A DNA stretch of 64,000 bases from Eledone cirrhosa. Lineage: Eukaryota. How positions within the stretch are numbered: the first letter of the stretch is position 1; every line of letters begins with the position of its first letter. Both the position numbers and the translations under genes were made by a program. The stretch is taken from assembly GCA_964016885.1 (NCBI GenBank), contig OZ024743.1, forward strand, positions 54,312,001 through 54,376,000, read 5' to 3'. The notes beneath the pieces were generated by a model that saw nothing but the letters and a program-made list of their open reading frames with translations, had not been told where the DNA came from and made no database searches. Below, piece after piece: positions 40,831 through 55,329 of this stretch.

Positions 40831-41714
40831 TGAGTGAGAGATAGATACACACACATAGACACACACACAAACATATATGTGTATAGTATAATTTTGTTAT
40901 GTAACTTACACCGGTCTGATAGTTTATCTATTCATATCCATATTTCCCAATTGCCTATTTGACATAACACCGTCTATTTTTGCTTTCTCTTTTTTTCTCT
41001 TTTCTTCTCTTTTCTTTTTAACTGTCAACTGCTTTCTTTATAATTTTCTCTCTTTTTCCTTTTCATTCATTGTCTTTTCATAAAATCCATTCTCTTTCTT
41101 TTTCGTCTCCTCTACAATTGTATTTTGTTTATTTTTTAAAACTAATTCTGTTTCTTCTACAATTCTATTTTCTTATCTATTTTTTTCAAACTAATTCTGT
41201 ATTTTCTGTACCCAACCCTTTCTCTCATTCTCTAATTATCTATCTACGTTTTTGTCTGTCAGTCTGTCTGTATGTTTCTCCTTTATACGCTACCCTTTTT
41301 TTTTTTGTTTCCAGCTCTCTCACATACTCACAAATTCCTCAATTATTATTTTTGAATAGTCGGAGAAAGGGGAATGTGGAGAAGGGACAGCGCATTAGAC
41401 TTTTGCAAGTTTCTTCAAAACTTGTGGGAACTTGAGAGAGAGAAAATTAGAGGAGTGGAGAGGGGGAGGGCAGAGGGAGGGAGGGAGAGATTGAGATCAT
41501 TTCAGTTAATACTTAGTTTATGAATTATCTGTAAAAAATGCCCATGTCAGTGGGAAATTCCCAGATGGTTGCTTGCAGCATTTGGTATGAATGGTTTCGT
41601 AAAGAGTGTTTTGCAACAGTTGTGACAAAGACCGAACGCTTGCTACATTGTAATACACAATCTTACCCTGTGGAAATTCCACAGTTTAATTAGAAGCAAT
41701 CACCAAGTATCAAA

Positions 41715-42230
41715 GATCAATACAATATGCAGACGAGAAGATAATACTTAACTCAACAGAAGGTGATCTACGACTTGCACTTGATAGGTTTGATGCCGAG
41801 TGCTGAATGGCTGAAATGAAAATCAGTGCTGCAAAAACGGGGGCACTCGTTCTCTCAAGGGAGCCTGCGCAGTGCATTCTACATGTGAATAGAGTTCCAC
41901 TGAAGTAGGTGGAGAAGTTCAAATATCTTTGGGTCATGTTCAGGAATGATGGAAGACAGGAGGCTGAATTAAGTGCAAGATTTGTGGGATCTGGTGCAGT
42001 AATACGCCAGCTTCAGCGTTCGGTATTCAGAAGAAGGGAGGTAGGTGTAAAAGCTAAACTCGCTATCTTTAATTCGGTATTCGTGCTAACCCATACCTAT
42101 GGTCATGAATATTGGGTAATAACCGAAAGAATACGATCGCGAATGCAAGCGGCCGAAATGGGTCTTTGGAGTAACGTTTCTCGATAGCGTACGTAGCTTG
42201 AAGATCAGAGGGACGCTTCAGGTAAAGAGG
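41715..42230 (+). mobile_element. RTE LINE reverse transcriptase fragment
   Basis: QYADE...MKISAAKT...VEKFKYLWV...KAKLAIFNSVFVLTHTYGHEYW...RIRSRMQAAEM. Confidence 0.85.
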
Positions 42231-42385
42231 ACCAATTTGATTGGGGAACAGCCTACCAATTTGGTATATATCGACGGCAGACGATCCCGAATTGGCAGGC
42301 TGTCCCCGAATCGGTCCTCCATTTTCTATTTTCTATTTTCTATTTTTCTGTCTTCCATCTTCTATTCTCTGTTATTCGCAAATAA

Positions 42386-42456
42386 CACCTGATGAAATCG
42401 TCTAGTCTTGCATCATAATCAAATGATAGGGATGGGCCATCGAAATATGTATAGTG
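42386..42456 (+). ncRNA. Type I hammerhead ribozyme with long stem II
   Basis: CAC-CTGATGA-[AATCGTCT..ATCAT AATCAA ATGAT..GGGCCATC]-GAAA TATGTA TA^GTG. Confidence 0.6.
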
Positions 42457-43512
42457 CTTTCGCGGGATTAAAATTCTAAAGTAGATTTTCCACTCCGGTC
42501 TTCTGTTGTTGTTTCAAGGAAGTATATATATATATATACATAGGATAACGTTATGTTCGAGCACCAATGCTAATTATTTTGATTTAAGCCGAACCGGCTA
42601 CCGCTCTGTATGCAAATGACCTTCATCAGCTCATATACATAAGCGAGAAATCCTTAAGTTTCTAGCATATTTTTATATCAGCAGAAGCTATGTTGATCTG
42701 ATACCTAGACAAAGCGACAAATAATTTTGTAGGTTCTTCCCCTTGCTTTTGCTGGGAAAAGGATGTGTCACAGCCTTACAAAATCATAGCAAATTGCTTT
42801 CAAATGTTTCTCATAAACACATTGTATATAATTCGATATACAACACATACATGTGTATAACGCTATATTGGAGCATTAATACTGATGTGAGATGGATAGG
42901 TTTTTAACACATTGCAGGATGATAAAGTACGTATATATGCTTGTGTTAAATATATGCATTTATATGTTTCTGTAAACGCACACAATGCCCGCGATTTTTG
43001 CAGTCTCTAGCCGCTTTCCTTTGATCTTGTTATAGTTTAATGCAGTCATGGGCAAACTGCAACCCGCGAGGCGCCAGCAACCTTTTCGGCTTTCTGAACA
43101 GCACGCCTAATTTAAAAATTGTCTTGAATTTTTTAGTAGTAGTAGTAGTAGTGTTATACTTCAGATTTTATAAACTCAGTCTCATTGGTCATCTAGAGAC
43201 GTTGAAATCGACTGTTGTTGCATTTTCTAGTTGTTCGACCAACAGAACAGTATTCTTATGAAATTAACGTCTAAATGGCTAGCTATTTCACAGACACATG
43301 TACTCTTAACGTAATCCTGAAGGAGATTCAGTGTGACACAATCTGTGACAAAGATGGTCCCTTTATATTATACCTTCAGTCCATCTGACGGGGATGCAAA
43401 CAGTTTCCATCTATTTAACCCCACTCACGAGACTTGGGTTAACATAAGGCAATTCCAAATGACATTTGCCTAAGATGTGATCGAAATAATGCTATCATAC
43501 CAAGCATTCTGA

Positions 43513-43731
43513 ATAATTGTCTCTATGTTTGGCACAAGGCCAGAAATTTGAAGGGAAGGGGAAAAGCGAGAGTATCGGTCCCAGTGCCCTTCTGGTACTT
43601 TATTTTATCTACCCCGTAATGATGAAAGGCGAAGCTAACTTGGGTGGGATTTGAACTTAGAACATAAACAGCTGTAGCTATATGACGCAAAGCATGTTGT
43701 CGGATGCTCTACCTTTACTGCCAATCCACCA
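43513..43731 (-). mobile_element. SINE (diverged)
   Basis: Matches the SINE consensus. Confidence 0.75.
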
Positions 43732-44079
43732 CTCTGACTATACCGAACAATAAAGATTATTTCTCTTACAAATAATATTTGACTAAGATTCCATGCAATG
43801 GGGTCGACGTAGGCAATAGTATACTAAGCATACCAAATAATTGTTTATTTATTTGGCATAAGGCCAGCAATTTGAAGGGAGGGGAAAATCGAGTATATAG
43901 ACCCCCAGTGCGTTAACGAATAATAAAGATTACCTCACTTTATATCGAAACTAGGGTCTAATGATTCCGAAGCGAACCTTTTAATCATTCTGCCATGCTG
44001 CGTTCACGGCAAAATATACGTCATAGGTTCAATATACTTGTTATTATTATCTTTATTTGTATTATTTCATCTTTCAATA

Positions 44080-44300
44080 GGGTGGTGAATTGGCAGTATC
44101 CGTAGAGCGTCGGAGATCATGCTTCGCGACATAGAGTTACAACCCATTACTTTCATATTTCAAATACTGCCGGGGTTACCTTTGTCTTTCCTCCTTACGG
44201 GTTCGATAAAATATAGTACCAGTAACGCAATGGAGTCGATTTAATCGAATTTCCCTTCCCCCAAAGTTGTTGGTCTTGTGCCCTAATCAGAAACCATTGT
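44080..44300 (+). mobile_element. SINE (diverged)
   Basis: Matches the SINE consensus. Confidence 0.75.
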
Positions 44301-44441
44301 TTCATTCTTCATGATTCGGAGGTCGAAAAATAAAGTAGGAGAAAATTACTGACATCGAATTAATTGATGATCAAAATTAATTAATGATCAAAACCAGATT
44401 TTCTAGCCTTGTACCTATGTCAGAAATCATTCTCATCATCG

Positions 44442-44478
<37 letters not shown>

Positions 44479-45062
44479 TATCCTCATCGTCATTGTCAAC
44501 ATCAACATTATTTTTATGAAAATCGTTGTCGTCACCCTCATCATCATCATCATCCTGCTGATCATCATTATCCTCATCACCATTATCGTCGTCATCGACG
44601 AAGACCCCCCCCCCCTCACCACCACCACCATCATCATCATCAACATCAACACCATCATTACCAACACCGTCGTCTACATTATCCATCATCATCACCATCA
44701 TCAACACCACTAGCAGCAGTTCTGTCGCCAATGTCATGTCTCTTCAGATGCAATTGTTGTGTTGGATCGAAAACCAATCAATCATGTTTATTGATCACCT
44801 TGTAGGTCTTGAAGTGAAGAACGGTGTCTCCATTTTCCAATGCAGGAATATGAAAACGGCATTGCAACTAAACGACATTTTGAAAGATTGTAAAGCTAAT
44901 ATAAACACTTTAACGATTACTTAATGGACTTTCCAACTGATAATGTTCAATATCTGATAAAATTAATGACTTATTAATTATAGATTTTTCAATTTTGTTA
45001 GTTAAATCTCCTTACAGAGAATTCGACAATTGAGTATATATATATATAGAGTATATATTGAG

Positions 45063-45161
<99 letters not shown>

Positions 45162-45299
45162 CTCACACATATATATATATATATATATATGCGTGTGTGT
45201 GTATGCATGTGGTGTATGAATATATATGTATGTAAATGTCTGTATGTATATATATACATACATGTATATACATATATGTTTTTATATATATATATCATC

Positions 45300-45335
<36 letters not shown>

Positions 45336-45724
45336 CCAATATATGCATGTGGTGTATGTATCTGTATATATGCATATATGTACTTGTGTATGCATATATG
45401 TATGGATGAGTGTATGCAAGCATGTATGTATGTATGTACGTATGTATGTAGGTTTGTATGTAACTACTTGCGGTGGTACATCAATACATTCCACCATATA
45501 CGACTGATGAATTACAATCAAATATGATATCACATAGAAATATAGACTGCTGTGAAAGACGACAAACATATATCTTGACATAGCAAATATTTGTAGTTTC
45601 ATGTGAAGGTGGTGGTGGTGGTGGTGGCGTCTGTATTTCTGAATTGGTTATTGTGCTGGTGCCAAAGAATTATGTTTGTGCCTGTGCATATGGATACGCT
45701 GGTTTGATATGTGAGTATTTGCGC

Positions 45725-45829
<105 letters not shown>

Positions 45830-46134
45830 ACTGAATGGTAAAAACCCGATTCTACTTAAAACATAGAAATATTAACTGAACAAGCACTCAATACGCCCAA
45901 ACAGAGTGTAAAATGTCTTCTAAAGAGAAAGTGTCAATGACCTCGAATTTTGGGCTTAAAGAATTATGTGTGTGTGTGTTTCTGTTTGTGTATGTGCGTA
46001 AGTGTACCCTTGTACAGATGTGCAGAGTGTTATAAACACGATTCTACTTAAAATATTGAAACATTAACGGAATAAGCACTCAATACTTCTAAGCATAGTG
46101 TAAAATATATCTTCTAAAGAGAATGTGTAAATAA

Positions 46135-46296
46135 CGGTTTCTTATGTAGGCACAAGGCCAGCAATTTTTGGGGAGAAGAAAGTCGATGAAATCGACCCAA
46201 GTGCTTGACTGGTACTTTATTTTATCGACCCCGTAAGGATGAAAGGCAAAGTTAATCTCGGCGGAATTTGAACTCAGATCACAAAGAGCCGTAACC
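46135..46296 (-). mobile_element. SINE, 5'-truncated
   Basis: Tail through B box. Confidence 0.8.
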
Positions 46297-46429
46297 CCAA
46301 CGTTCGGCTTAAAGGGAAAAACATAGATATCCAAGAACGAAAAAAAAGAAAACAAAAAATTAAAACACGGAAAATGTTTTAACATATGTGTCAATTTTCA
46401 CTTCCAGAAATACTGGAATGCTGGATCAT

Positions 46430-47240
46430 TTCCGGAAACATCCCTATTCTATACGATGATTAAAACATTCTAAAAACACACCAAATCATCAAAAAGTAAA
46501 AGACATTCTAAATCATCAAAAGTAAAAGACATCCTAAAAGATATCTTTACTAGGCCAAAAAGCCCCTCGTTACAAATTGCAAAAGAACAAACTGTGGTAT
46601 TTGCTGATACCTAATTGAGGGACCAGAATTCAAGTTTAAGGTTGGATAAACTTTCAGACTAAAGGGAAATTTCAACTACAACTCGGGAAACCTAATCTAT
46701 GTGGTTACATGCAGCAGATGTTTGTAAAATTAGATAGGAGAGCGAGCATTTTATTACGCAAAAGAATGACTATATATCGCCAACAAATCCGTGAGGAAAA
46801 CACGAGGCAAATCCTATTAAGTAGTCACATTGCAACATGTGCAGGATTAAAGTTACTCAACTTCAACCCTTTCCGATTCTACAAATGTTCAGACTCTTTC
46901 ACTCAACAGCAGAGAATAAATAAAGAAAAGCAATTCATCAACAAATGCAAGCCACAATTAAATATGTAATTGTCCTCCCATTAGACAATGAATAATTGTC
47001 TAAACAGGACGAATGTGTATCAGAACACGTGAAGGTCGAACCCACACATCTTTTTATCCAGAAGACAGGGTGTGTGGGTTCGACACCTTCGCGTGCTGAT
47101 GCCTATTTTTTCGATCTGAATATGCTTATATCGGCTTATTTGCCCTGTTATTTGACTGTTATTTGTTGTTAAATATTCGGCAAAAGCTCCGAATTCTATT
47201 TTAAAATTACCCATACAGCCCTTTTCGAAACACACGGTTG
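46430..47240 (+). mobile_element. Penelope-like element 3' fragment (linker + GIY-YIG endonuclease + 3' region)
   Basis: IIKSKR..LKDI...VTNCKRTNCGIC...SGNLIYVVTC, then LRKRMTIYRQQIR...SSHIATCA...RINKEKQFINKCKPQLN (ORF 46709..46969). Confidence 0.75.
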
Positions 47241-47257
47241 CTTATATATATATATAT

Positions 47258-47430
47258 TAGGTGGAACCAGTTTTAAACTATTTAGACCATTACCTAACAG
47301 AGTACTCGATTCTTGGGATACTAGAGTACAGCTATATTATAAAGAGACGGGACCCAACGCCTCAGTTCTTGCCGTTTCAACAGCCTGGAAATAGCCGCTG
47401 AAACGAAATGTGGCTCAGCCGTAGGGGCTC

Positions 47431-47433
<3 letters not shown>
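47258..47433 (+). repeat. (TA)n-embedded cruciform repeat, diverged copy 4
   Basis: GACCATTA..AACAGAGTACTCGAT.CTTGGG...TAGAGT...GCCGTTTC...AAATAGCCG..GAAACG...GCTCAGCCGT.GGGG. Confidence 0.6.
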
Positions 47434-47513
<80 letters not shown>

Positions 47514-47585
47514 GGTGTGGAAGGCTTAAAGCGTGCGTAAGCGGTAGGCCGTTTGAGCACTCGATGCTCTTACAGAGCAGAGTAT

Positions 47586-47839
47586 TATCACATAAGAAAC
47601 AGAGAACCAGTGTTGCGACACATAAAATTTATTAGACATATTACAATCGTTTCTCTGGCGACCAGCTCGAGGCACGATCGATGTAATGATCGAACCTGAC
47701 TCTGAAATCGCATGCGATTTGAGAGTCACGTTCGATCATTACATCGATCGTGCCTCGAGCTGGTCGCCAGAGAAACGATTGTAATATGTCTAATAAATTT
47801 TATGTGTCGCAACACTGGTTCTCTGTTTCTTATGTGATA
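47586..47839. repeat. 254-bp near-perfect foldback palindrome
   Basis: Arms of ~110 bp are exact reverse complements (TATCACATAAGAAACAGAG...GATCGAAC). The centre TGACTCTGAAATCGCATGCGATTTGAGAGTCA is also nearly palindromic. Confidence 0.95.
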
Positions 47840-47841
47840 TA

Positions 47842-47877
<36 letters not shown>

Positions 47878-47889
47878 TGTATGTGTGTA

Positions 47890-47927
<38 letters not shown>

Positions 47928-47932
47928 TGTGT

Positions 47933-47964
<32 letters not shown>

Positions 47965-48387
47965 ATTGAAAGAGAGAGAGAGGGATGGAGGGAGAGAGAG
48001 AGAAAGAGAGAGAGAGAGAGGGAGAGAGTGAGAGAGAGAAAAGGAGAAGAAAGAAAAGGATAGAGCGGTCAAGGTGGAGAACGTAAAAGCAATGCCACGG
48101 AGTTAAACCATTCAACCAAAAGGGGTTTCCTCCTTAGGCGCAATGCACTCCTCCCGATTTTACGGAAAAAACAGCAGGACATCGAAGGTCTCGCCGGCGA
48201 CCAGCTCGAAAAAGCAGTTTCCTGGTTTGCGCCCGAAGTACCAGGTCCAGTAACAACTATGTATGATACTTAATACATTAGTAGATAGTCAACATCATAT
48301 TTGACAAAGAAATGGATTCAATAGGACTAAAAGAGTTTCATTCTTATGAAATGATCATAATCATCTCTCTCTCCATCTCTCTCTCTC

Positions 48388-48472
<85 letters not shown>

Positions 48473-48480
48473 CTATCTAT

Positions 48481-48628
48481 CTAAGGCGGGTAAAATTCCC
48501 GAGATCCATGGACGAGTTCTCTCCAGCGGTCTCTGTCCCTCATTATCGCTGCCATATCCTGCATCTCCAACAGACCAGTGTCTGTCCTTAGGGCATCAAC
48601 ATATGTTAACCTTGGTCTTCCTCTTCTA
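48481..48628 (-). mobile_element. RTE-clade LINE 3' end fragment
   Basis: RGRPRLTYVDALRTDTGLLEMQDMAAIMRDRDRWRELV, ending in an (AGAT)n tail. Confidence 0.7.
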
Positions 48629-48644
48629 GTGTATATATATGTGC

Positions 48645-48680
<36 letters not shown>

Positions 48681-49370
48681 CTGTATGGATTTGTGTGTGT
48701 AGATGTGTGTGTGAGGGGGTAGGTGTGAGTGTATGTACAAGTCAACCAACATAGGTCTTTTTATTTCTAAACTCTCTACGTATTTGACTGTTACCATAAT
48801 TTTCAGTATTATCACCCCACATAAATTCCTCTATTTGTATGTGTGAATGTGTGTGTGTGTCTGTGGGGGTGGGTGTGAATGTATGTGCAAGTCAACCAAC
48901 ATAAGTCTGTTTATATGTAAATTTTCTAGTATTCTACTCTAACCATAATTTTCAGAGTACCACCCTACACAAATTCCTCAATTTAAGATTGGCTATCATC
49001 GAAATATATATATCAGTAAATAAAGGATTATGAGTTCATGCAATTGACTTATGTTTCGTCACTATCTATATGTATATATATATATATATATGAGAATAAA
49101 CGTGCTGCGGGGTTGCTAATGGGTTACATATGAATAAAGTTAGTCCTTCATCAGTGATCTTCCAACCATCATTGGTATTTCATCGCTTTAAAGACCATAT
49201 ACCTCCGGTTGGTGCGAGCAACGGCTAAAAAAAGTCGTTGGGACACGTAAATAAAGGGGACACCAGTGTAAAGAAACAAAAATGGTGAAGCAACGAAAAG
49301 TGAGGAAGAAGGAGTCAAGTCCCAAATTTCTATGAATTTAAATATGCAGAGAGCGGCTGGTCACCAATTC

Positions 49371-49421
<51 letters not shown>

Positions 49422-49504
49422 CATACATGCATATATATATGTATGTATGTGTATATATATACTTATATATATATATATTTATATATACACATACATATAC
49501 ATAG

Positions 49505-49539
<35 letters not shown>

Positions 49540-49672
49540 TGTCACAGATGTGAATGTACGTGTTTCTAAACCAACGTTATATTTTAATCAAATACAAGTA
49601 TCTAATTTAATTTCACTTCTCACCTTGCTAAAATGAAAACTAATATATACATAGATACATGTGTAGAAATAT

Positions 49673-49771
<99 letters not shown>

Positions 49772-49921
49772 CACACACATATATACGTACATACATCATA
49801 TATATATATATATACATATGTGTGCATGTCCATAGAAATGTCTACCTAAAAAATATGCAAATATACATTTATATTAACATGTGTTTACAAAACGACACAC
49901 ACTCACACACACACATATACA

Positions 49922-49978
<57 letters not shown>

Positions 49979-50118
49979 CTATGTCGTCAGTGACAGATGT
50001 CAATATATGTGTGTCTCTGAACGTTGAACCAACGATATATTTTAATCAAATGCAAGTATCTAATTTAATTCCACTTCTCACCTTGTTAAAATGGAATCTA
50101 AAACATATATACATACAC

Positions 50119-50171
<53 letters not shown>

Positions 50172-50546
50172 ATGAATATGTATATATTCATAGTTGATAT
50201 CTATATATATATTTGTCAAGGTTTCACGCTACAATTCCATCATGAGACATGATTTTGTCAGAGATTGAAGCAAGGTTAACGACAGATCCTACTGCACCTG
50301 TGTTTTAAGCATTTTTACACATGCATGTGAGAAAATATCTTACGAACACACACACACACACAGTGAGAAAATAACTCGCGCACACACACACACACAGATG
50401 TGTGTGTGTATATATATATATATATGTGTGTCGATATAAAGATATATATATATATATATATGTATAAATACATACATATATATGTGACGTGAGTGTGTGT
50501 GTGAGAGTGTGTGAGTGAGAGTGTGTGAGTGAGAATGCGTGTGTGT

Positions 50547-50604
<58 letters not shown>

Positions 50605-50872
50605 ACACAAATTCACGCCAACTCATATATCAGATTAATTTTTTCTGAAAAGTGATATATTTAAAATGTCAAAGAAATATTACATTTTCAATTTACGTCG
50701 TAACATTAATTTACATGAACACTCAACTACACTGATATATAAACATACGTGGCATTCTCTCTCTATATGTGTGTGTGAGTGTGAGTGCTTGTGAGTGTGT
50801 GCGTGTATATATACTCACAGCCCTTCATTCATACATGCATACTAACACAAATAGGCACACACACATACACAG

Positions 50873-50907
<35 letters not shown>

Positions 50908-50940
50908 TATGTATATTTATGTACACCCGAATACACTTGC

Positions 50941-51009
<69 letters not shown>

Positions 51010-51569
51010 CATAAATACATGCATATGTGCGTGCGTGCATGCGTGTGCGTTTGTTCATACACTTGTATATGTATCTTGGGTGTTTCTCGCGATTCTGTCT
51101 ATGTTGGCGGATTTCTTTTGCAGAATGTTGACAACTTTTCGAACACTGTAAAGAATACTGTTTAGTATAATTTGTTATCTCTGTTTAGCCCAGATCAACA
51201 TTAATCAAAGTAAACTATGATTAATTGTTTCTACATTTGGCACAAGGCCAGCAATTAAACCAGTGTATAACTGGTGCTTTATTTTATCGACCCCGTAAGG
51301 ATGAAAGGCAAAGTTAATCTATGATTAATGGCAATCCAGTCGTGACAGGCCAGTCTTATTTAGGATATGTTACCCCTGAGTGCCGCATGCAATGCATCTT
51401 ATGCTGTTCACTATGAAATCGTGGGTTTTGAAATAAATTTATCTGCTATTTTAAACTTGCCCAATATTTGGTTATATGCAGGGCTGAACTTTCAACTGCT
51501 ATAGGACATTTGAGGCCTTTCTATAAAAGATATCAAATTATTATTTTTTATATTAATTTTAATGATAAA

Positions 51570-51957
51570 TAATTGTTTCTACTTTTGGCACAAGGCCAGC
51601 AATTAACCAGTGCATTACTGGTACTTTATTTTATCGACCCCGTAAGGATGAAAGGCAAAGTTAACCTCGGCGGGATTTGAACTCAGAATGGCAAGGGCTA
51701 TAACTCTATGCGTCAAAGCATTGCGTCCGACCCTCTACCGATACTGCCAGATAAATAATGATTTCTAGTATAGAAACAAAGCCAGTAATTTTTGGGGGAG
51801 GGGAAAGTCGATTAAATCGACCCCAGTACGTTACAGATGCTTTATTTTATCGACCCCGTAAGGATCAAAGGCAAAGTTAACTTCGGTGGGATTTGAACTC
51901 AGACCGTAAAGGGCTGCAATTTATGCTGCAAAGCATGATGTCCGACTCTCTACCGAT
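51570..51957 (-). mobile_element. Two tandem SINEs (plus a partial copy at 51222-51320)
   Basis: SINE consensus at 51570-51749 and 51755-51957. Confidence 0.85.
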
Positions 51958-52293
51958 AAATAATAAATAATACATATATATACAGGGGCCAGCTAGGATA
52001 GACATAATATCAACTCATTCTGCCGTCCCCTCTATCATGAAACGAAAAAACATTTTCGAGGAAATATTTGAATTCCTTTGAGAGGTTTTTTAATATGTTT
52101 AAGTTTTTGAAGTTGTGCGAAATTATTTTCAAGGTTTTTATACTGTCTGATGATGTTAGGCTATTGGAATCGGTAGGATGACAAATATCTAGCCTGTTCC
52201 TCAGCGAAATATATATCATGGAGATAAAAATAAACCTAAATACAACTGCATGTGGCCTTCGATCTATTTAATACTCAGTCGCCCCCTCCCCCC

Positions 52294-52342
<49 letters not shown>

Positions 52343-52670
52343 TTAAGATTATAGTGATAAAGAAGAAAAACTAATGATAAAATAATATATTTTAAGAAAC
52401 GAGGCCCCGGAAGGTGTGTGGCTACAGCTTATTTAGCTTATAGGTAAGTTCAGTACCGGCTACATGTATAACATTTAGGGTTACTATATAAACCAGTAAC
52501 ACTCTTTACTTTGGGCCACAATGTATAGTTATTTATATTCTATAAGGTAGAGAGTAACTTTACTATATAAAGTAGTAGTATTACACATTGCTTTGTAGTA
52601 TAGTTTGTAGTTAGTTTTAGAATGTGTCTTAATTTTACTATGTAGTGTAGTAAAACACTATATTATTCTA

Positions 52671-52885
52671 CAGGGTGGGCCAGAATTCATGATTCGCTTG
52701 TTAGTTATATTTCTTAACATGCTTATTTTATTGTTATTGTATTGTTTTAATTTATATGTGCTTACCGTATAGTGTTCATGATCTTATGCCTGTATATGGT
52801 ATTATATTCCTTAACTTGTTTTATAACATTTTGTGTTAATAGATCTATAAATAAGCAAGAGAGTCATGAATTCTGGCCCACCTTA
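52671..52885. mobile_element. Tc1/mariner-type MITE
   Basis: TA-CAGGGTGGGCCAGAATTCATGA ... TCATGAATTCTGGCCCACCTTA-TA: TIRs with TA flanks. Confidence 0.75.
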
Positions 52886-53473
52886 TAGTATAGGGTGTAG
52901 TTAGTTTTAGCAGTGTAGCGTCATATGGACGATTGTTTAAGGAATTCGCTTCCCAATCAGGAGATCTCGGGTTCGATCCCATTGCCTGGCATCTTGGAAA
53001 TGTCATTTTCATAAATACTCTCACCAAAAATGCACACATCACTTTAAGTTGTGTCCTGTGTAGTTAATGCTGGATTATTTGCCTAGGTTATTTTTCTCAC
53101 GTAGTATTGTTAAGCTAATCTTATGTAGTTTAAATATAAAGATATATATATATGTTTTTAGTACGCAGTCCCCCTTGCTTGTTTTTTAATAGACTGTATT
53201 TTTAATTTTCTGATTTTCCTTTCGCACATTTGCACTGCAGGTGTATTAGATCGGGTATGAAGTTTTCCAGAAATTAATTGGCTATCCCCATTCACTAAGT
53301 GATTTAGAGTATTTTTTTCTATTTTTCTAGGTATTATTATTTTTTTTTTTTGTTTTGTTTTTGCATTCATCGCAATTATGTTATCTGTTAGATTTCGCGT
53401 AGTAAATTAAGCCAATTAACAGTATGTCTGTTAAAGATTTTATGGTATTCATGAGAGGGAGAACATTCTAAAG

Positions 53474-53669
53474 CAGGCATGTCAAACTGAGGGGCCTCCG
53501 AGAGCCACATGGGTCACATATATGTTGTCTGACGGCCACACATGACAACTAATTGCGCACATTACAACTATCTTTTTATTTTATATTACGCTCGCGATGT
53601 AAAAACGGCTTTGCGGGCCGCAGGTGTGCTTCTAAGGGACCGCATGTGGGCCGCGTGTTGACATGCCTG
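53474..53669. mobile_element. hAT (Charlie-like) MITE
   Basis: TIRs CAGGCATGTCAA / TTGACATGCCTG, 8-bp TSD TTCTAAAG/CTCTAAAG, subterminal GCGGGCCGCA motifs. Confidence 0.85.
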
Positions 53670-54199
53670 CTCTAAAGAACGTTCCAGGGATATCCGAGGT
53701 TATGTTTGTTCCATGCAGAGGATTGAATTATTCAATATTCCTTTTACGTAAGCTATTCGTACTTGTTATATTGCTATTTGTGCTATTTCTGATATGGGTT
53801 TTGTTAAAAACATCCTCTTCCTTGTGGGTCGAGGAATGTAAGTGGGTTTCCTTACTGTTTTAGTTTGCTATGTTGAATAGTAATTAATATTCAGTCTATA
53901 TATATTACTATGTTTACTTAAAATTACGTCAGCTTTACAGGCCACGGAAATAAGTTGAGGATTACTCTTTGTATTATTCCCCTGATTACTATGAATGTTA
54001 TCTAGCAATTTATAGTCTTTCCGGTTTTACTATTTGAGCGTGCGTTACTGTTGTTACTACTACTGGGTTTAGGTGTATTTTCATCCTGATGATTACATTT
54101 TTACCTGTCCTTACTAATGTGTTTCGTTAGTTCTATCCATCCAGTGCATGTTCTACGTTATGTATGTTATGTCTACTTTTCATTATATGTACATCATCA

Positions 54200-54611
54200 G
54201 GGCAACGGATTAGGAGTATCGGTAGAGGGTCGGACGTCATGCTTTGACGCATAGAGTTACGACCCTTTCCATTCTGAGTTCAAATCCCGCCGAGGTCAAC
54301 TTTGACTTTCATCCTTACGGGGTCGATAAAATAAAGTACCAGTAATGTACTGGGTAATTGCTGGCCTTGTGCCAAAAGTAGAAACAATTATTATAATTGT
54401 TTAATAAATACAGATAAAGAAATCATTCTTAGTAGAAATCATTGTTAGTGATTGTTTGGCAGTATCGGTAGAACGTCGGACACATGCTTTGCGGCATATA
54501 GTTACGGCCCTTAATGTTCTGCCTTTACTTTTTATCCTTACGGGGTCGATAAAATAAAGTACCAGTAACGCACTGGAATTGATTTAATTGATGGCCAAAA
54601 GTAGAAACAAC
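54200..54611 (+). mobile_element. Two tandem SINEs
   Basis: 54200-54392 is full length; 54455-54611 is internally deleted. Confidence 0.8.
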
Positions 54612-55329
54612 TATATGTCCACTATTAGGTATGTATCAAATCTCGGTATAACCTACCTTAACGAAGGCATTGTTATAATATTTGGCACCCCATATAAACG
54701 ATGTTTTCATTAGCGGGTAGTTTATAAATTCTGGGCATGACTCCATTAAATATAGACTTAATAACTGCCTTAGGATAGACATAGTTTATCTTGGCCTAGT
54801 GAAAGTTTCCATTAGGCTTATGGTTGGGGTGGTAAAAGCCAATTTGAAATTCAAGTATGATATTTTTCAAAAACTGCTCCTTTTTTTGCAGTATCGTTTC
54901 CAGTCTATGTTGCTATAGCTATAAAGTGTGAATAGAGCATCGATCCTATAATGGCTATCCACCATATTACAGAATTCCTTTTCAATATGGTAGAGAATGT
55001 AATTTCCCACGAGATCAATGACTTGTGTGGAGTCAATTGATTCCATGATAATATCAAAATCATTTAGTTTATCTCTTCTTGTCCAGTATTTATTATTGAA
55101 TTCAACTATAGTTGTCCGAGCAGAAAGTAAGTATTATGTCAACTTCGATTTTACTTGCTTCAGTATTTTTCATGTCAAGAATTGGTGATATATTAAGAAG
55201 TGTACGAGATTTAGAGAAATAGTAACTGAAGGTATCTTCTTCTTCTTCTTCTTCTTCTTCTTCTTCTTCTTCTTCTTCTTCTTCTTCTTCTTCTTCTTCT
55301 TCTTCTTCTTCTTCTTCTTCTTCTTCTTG

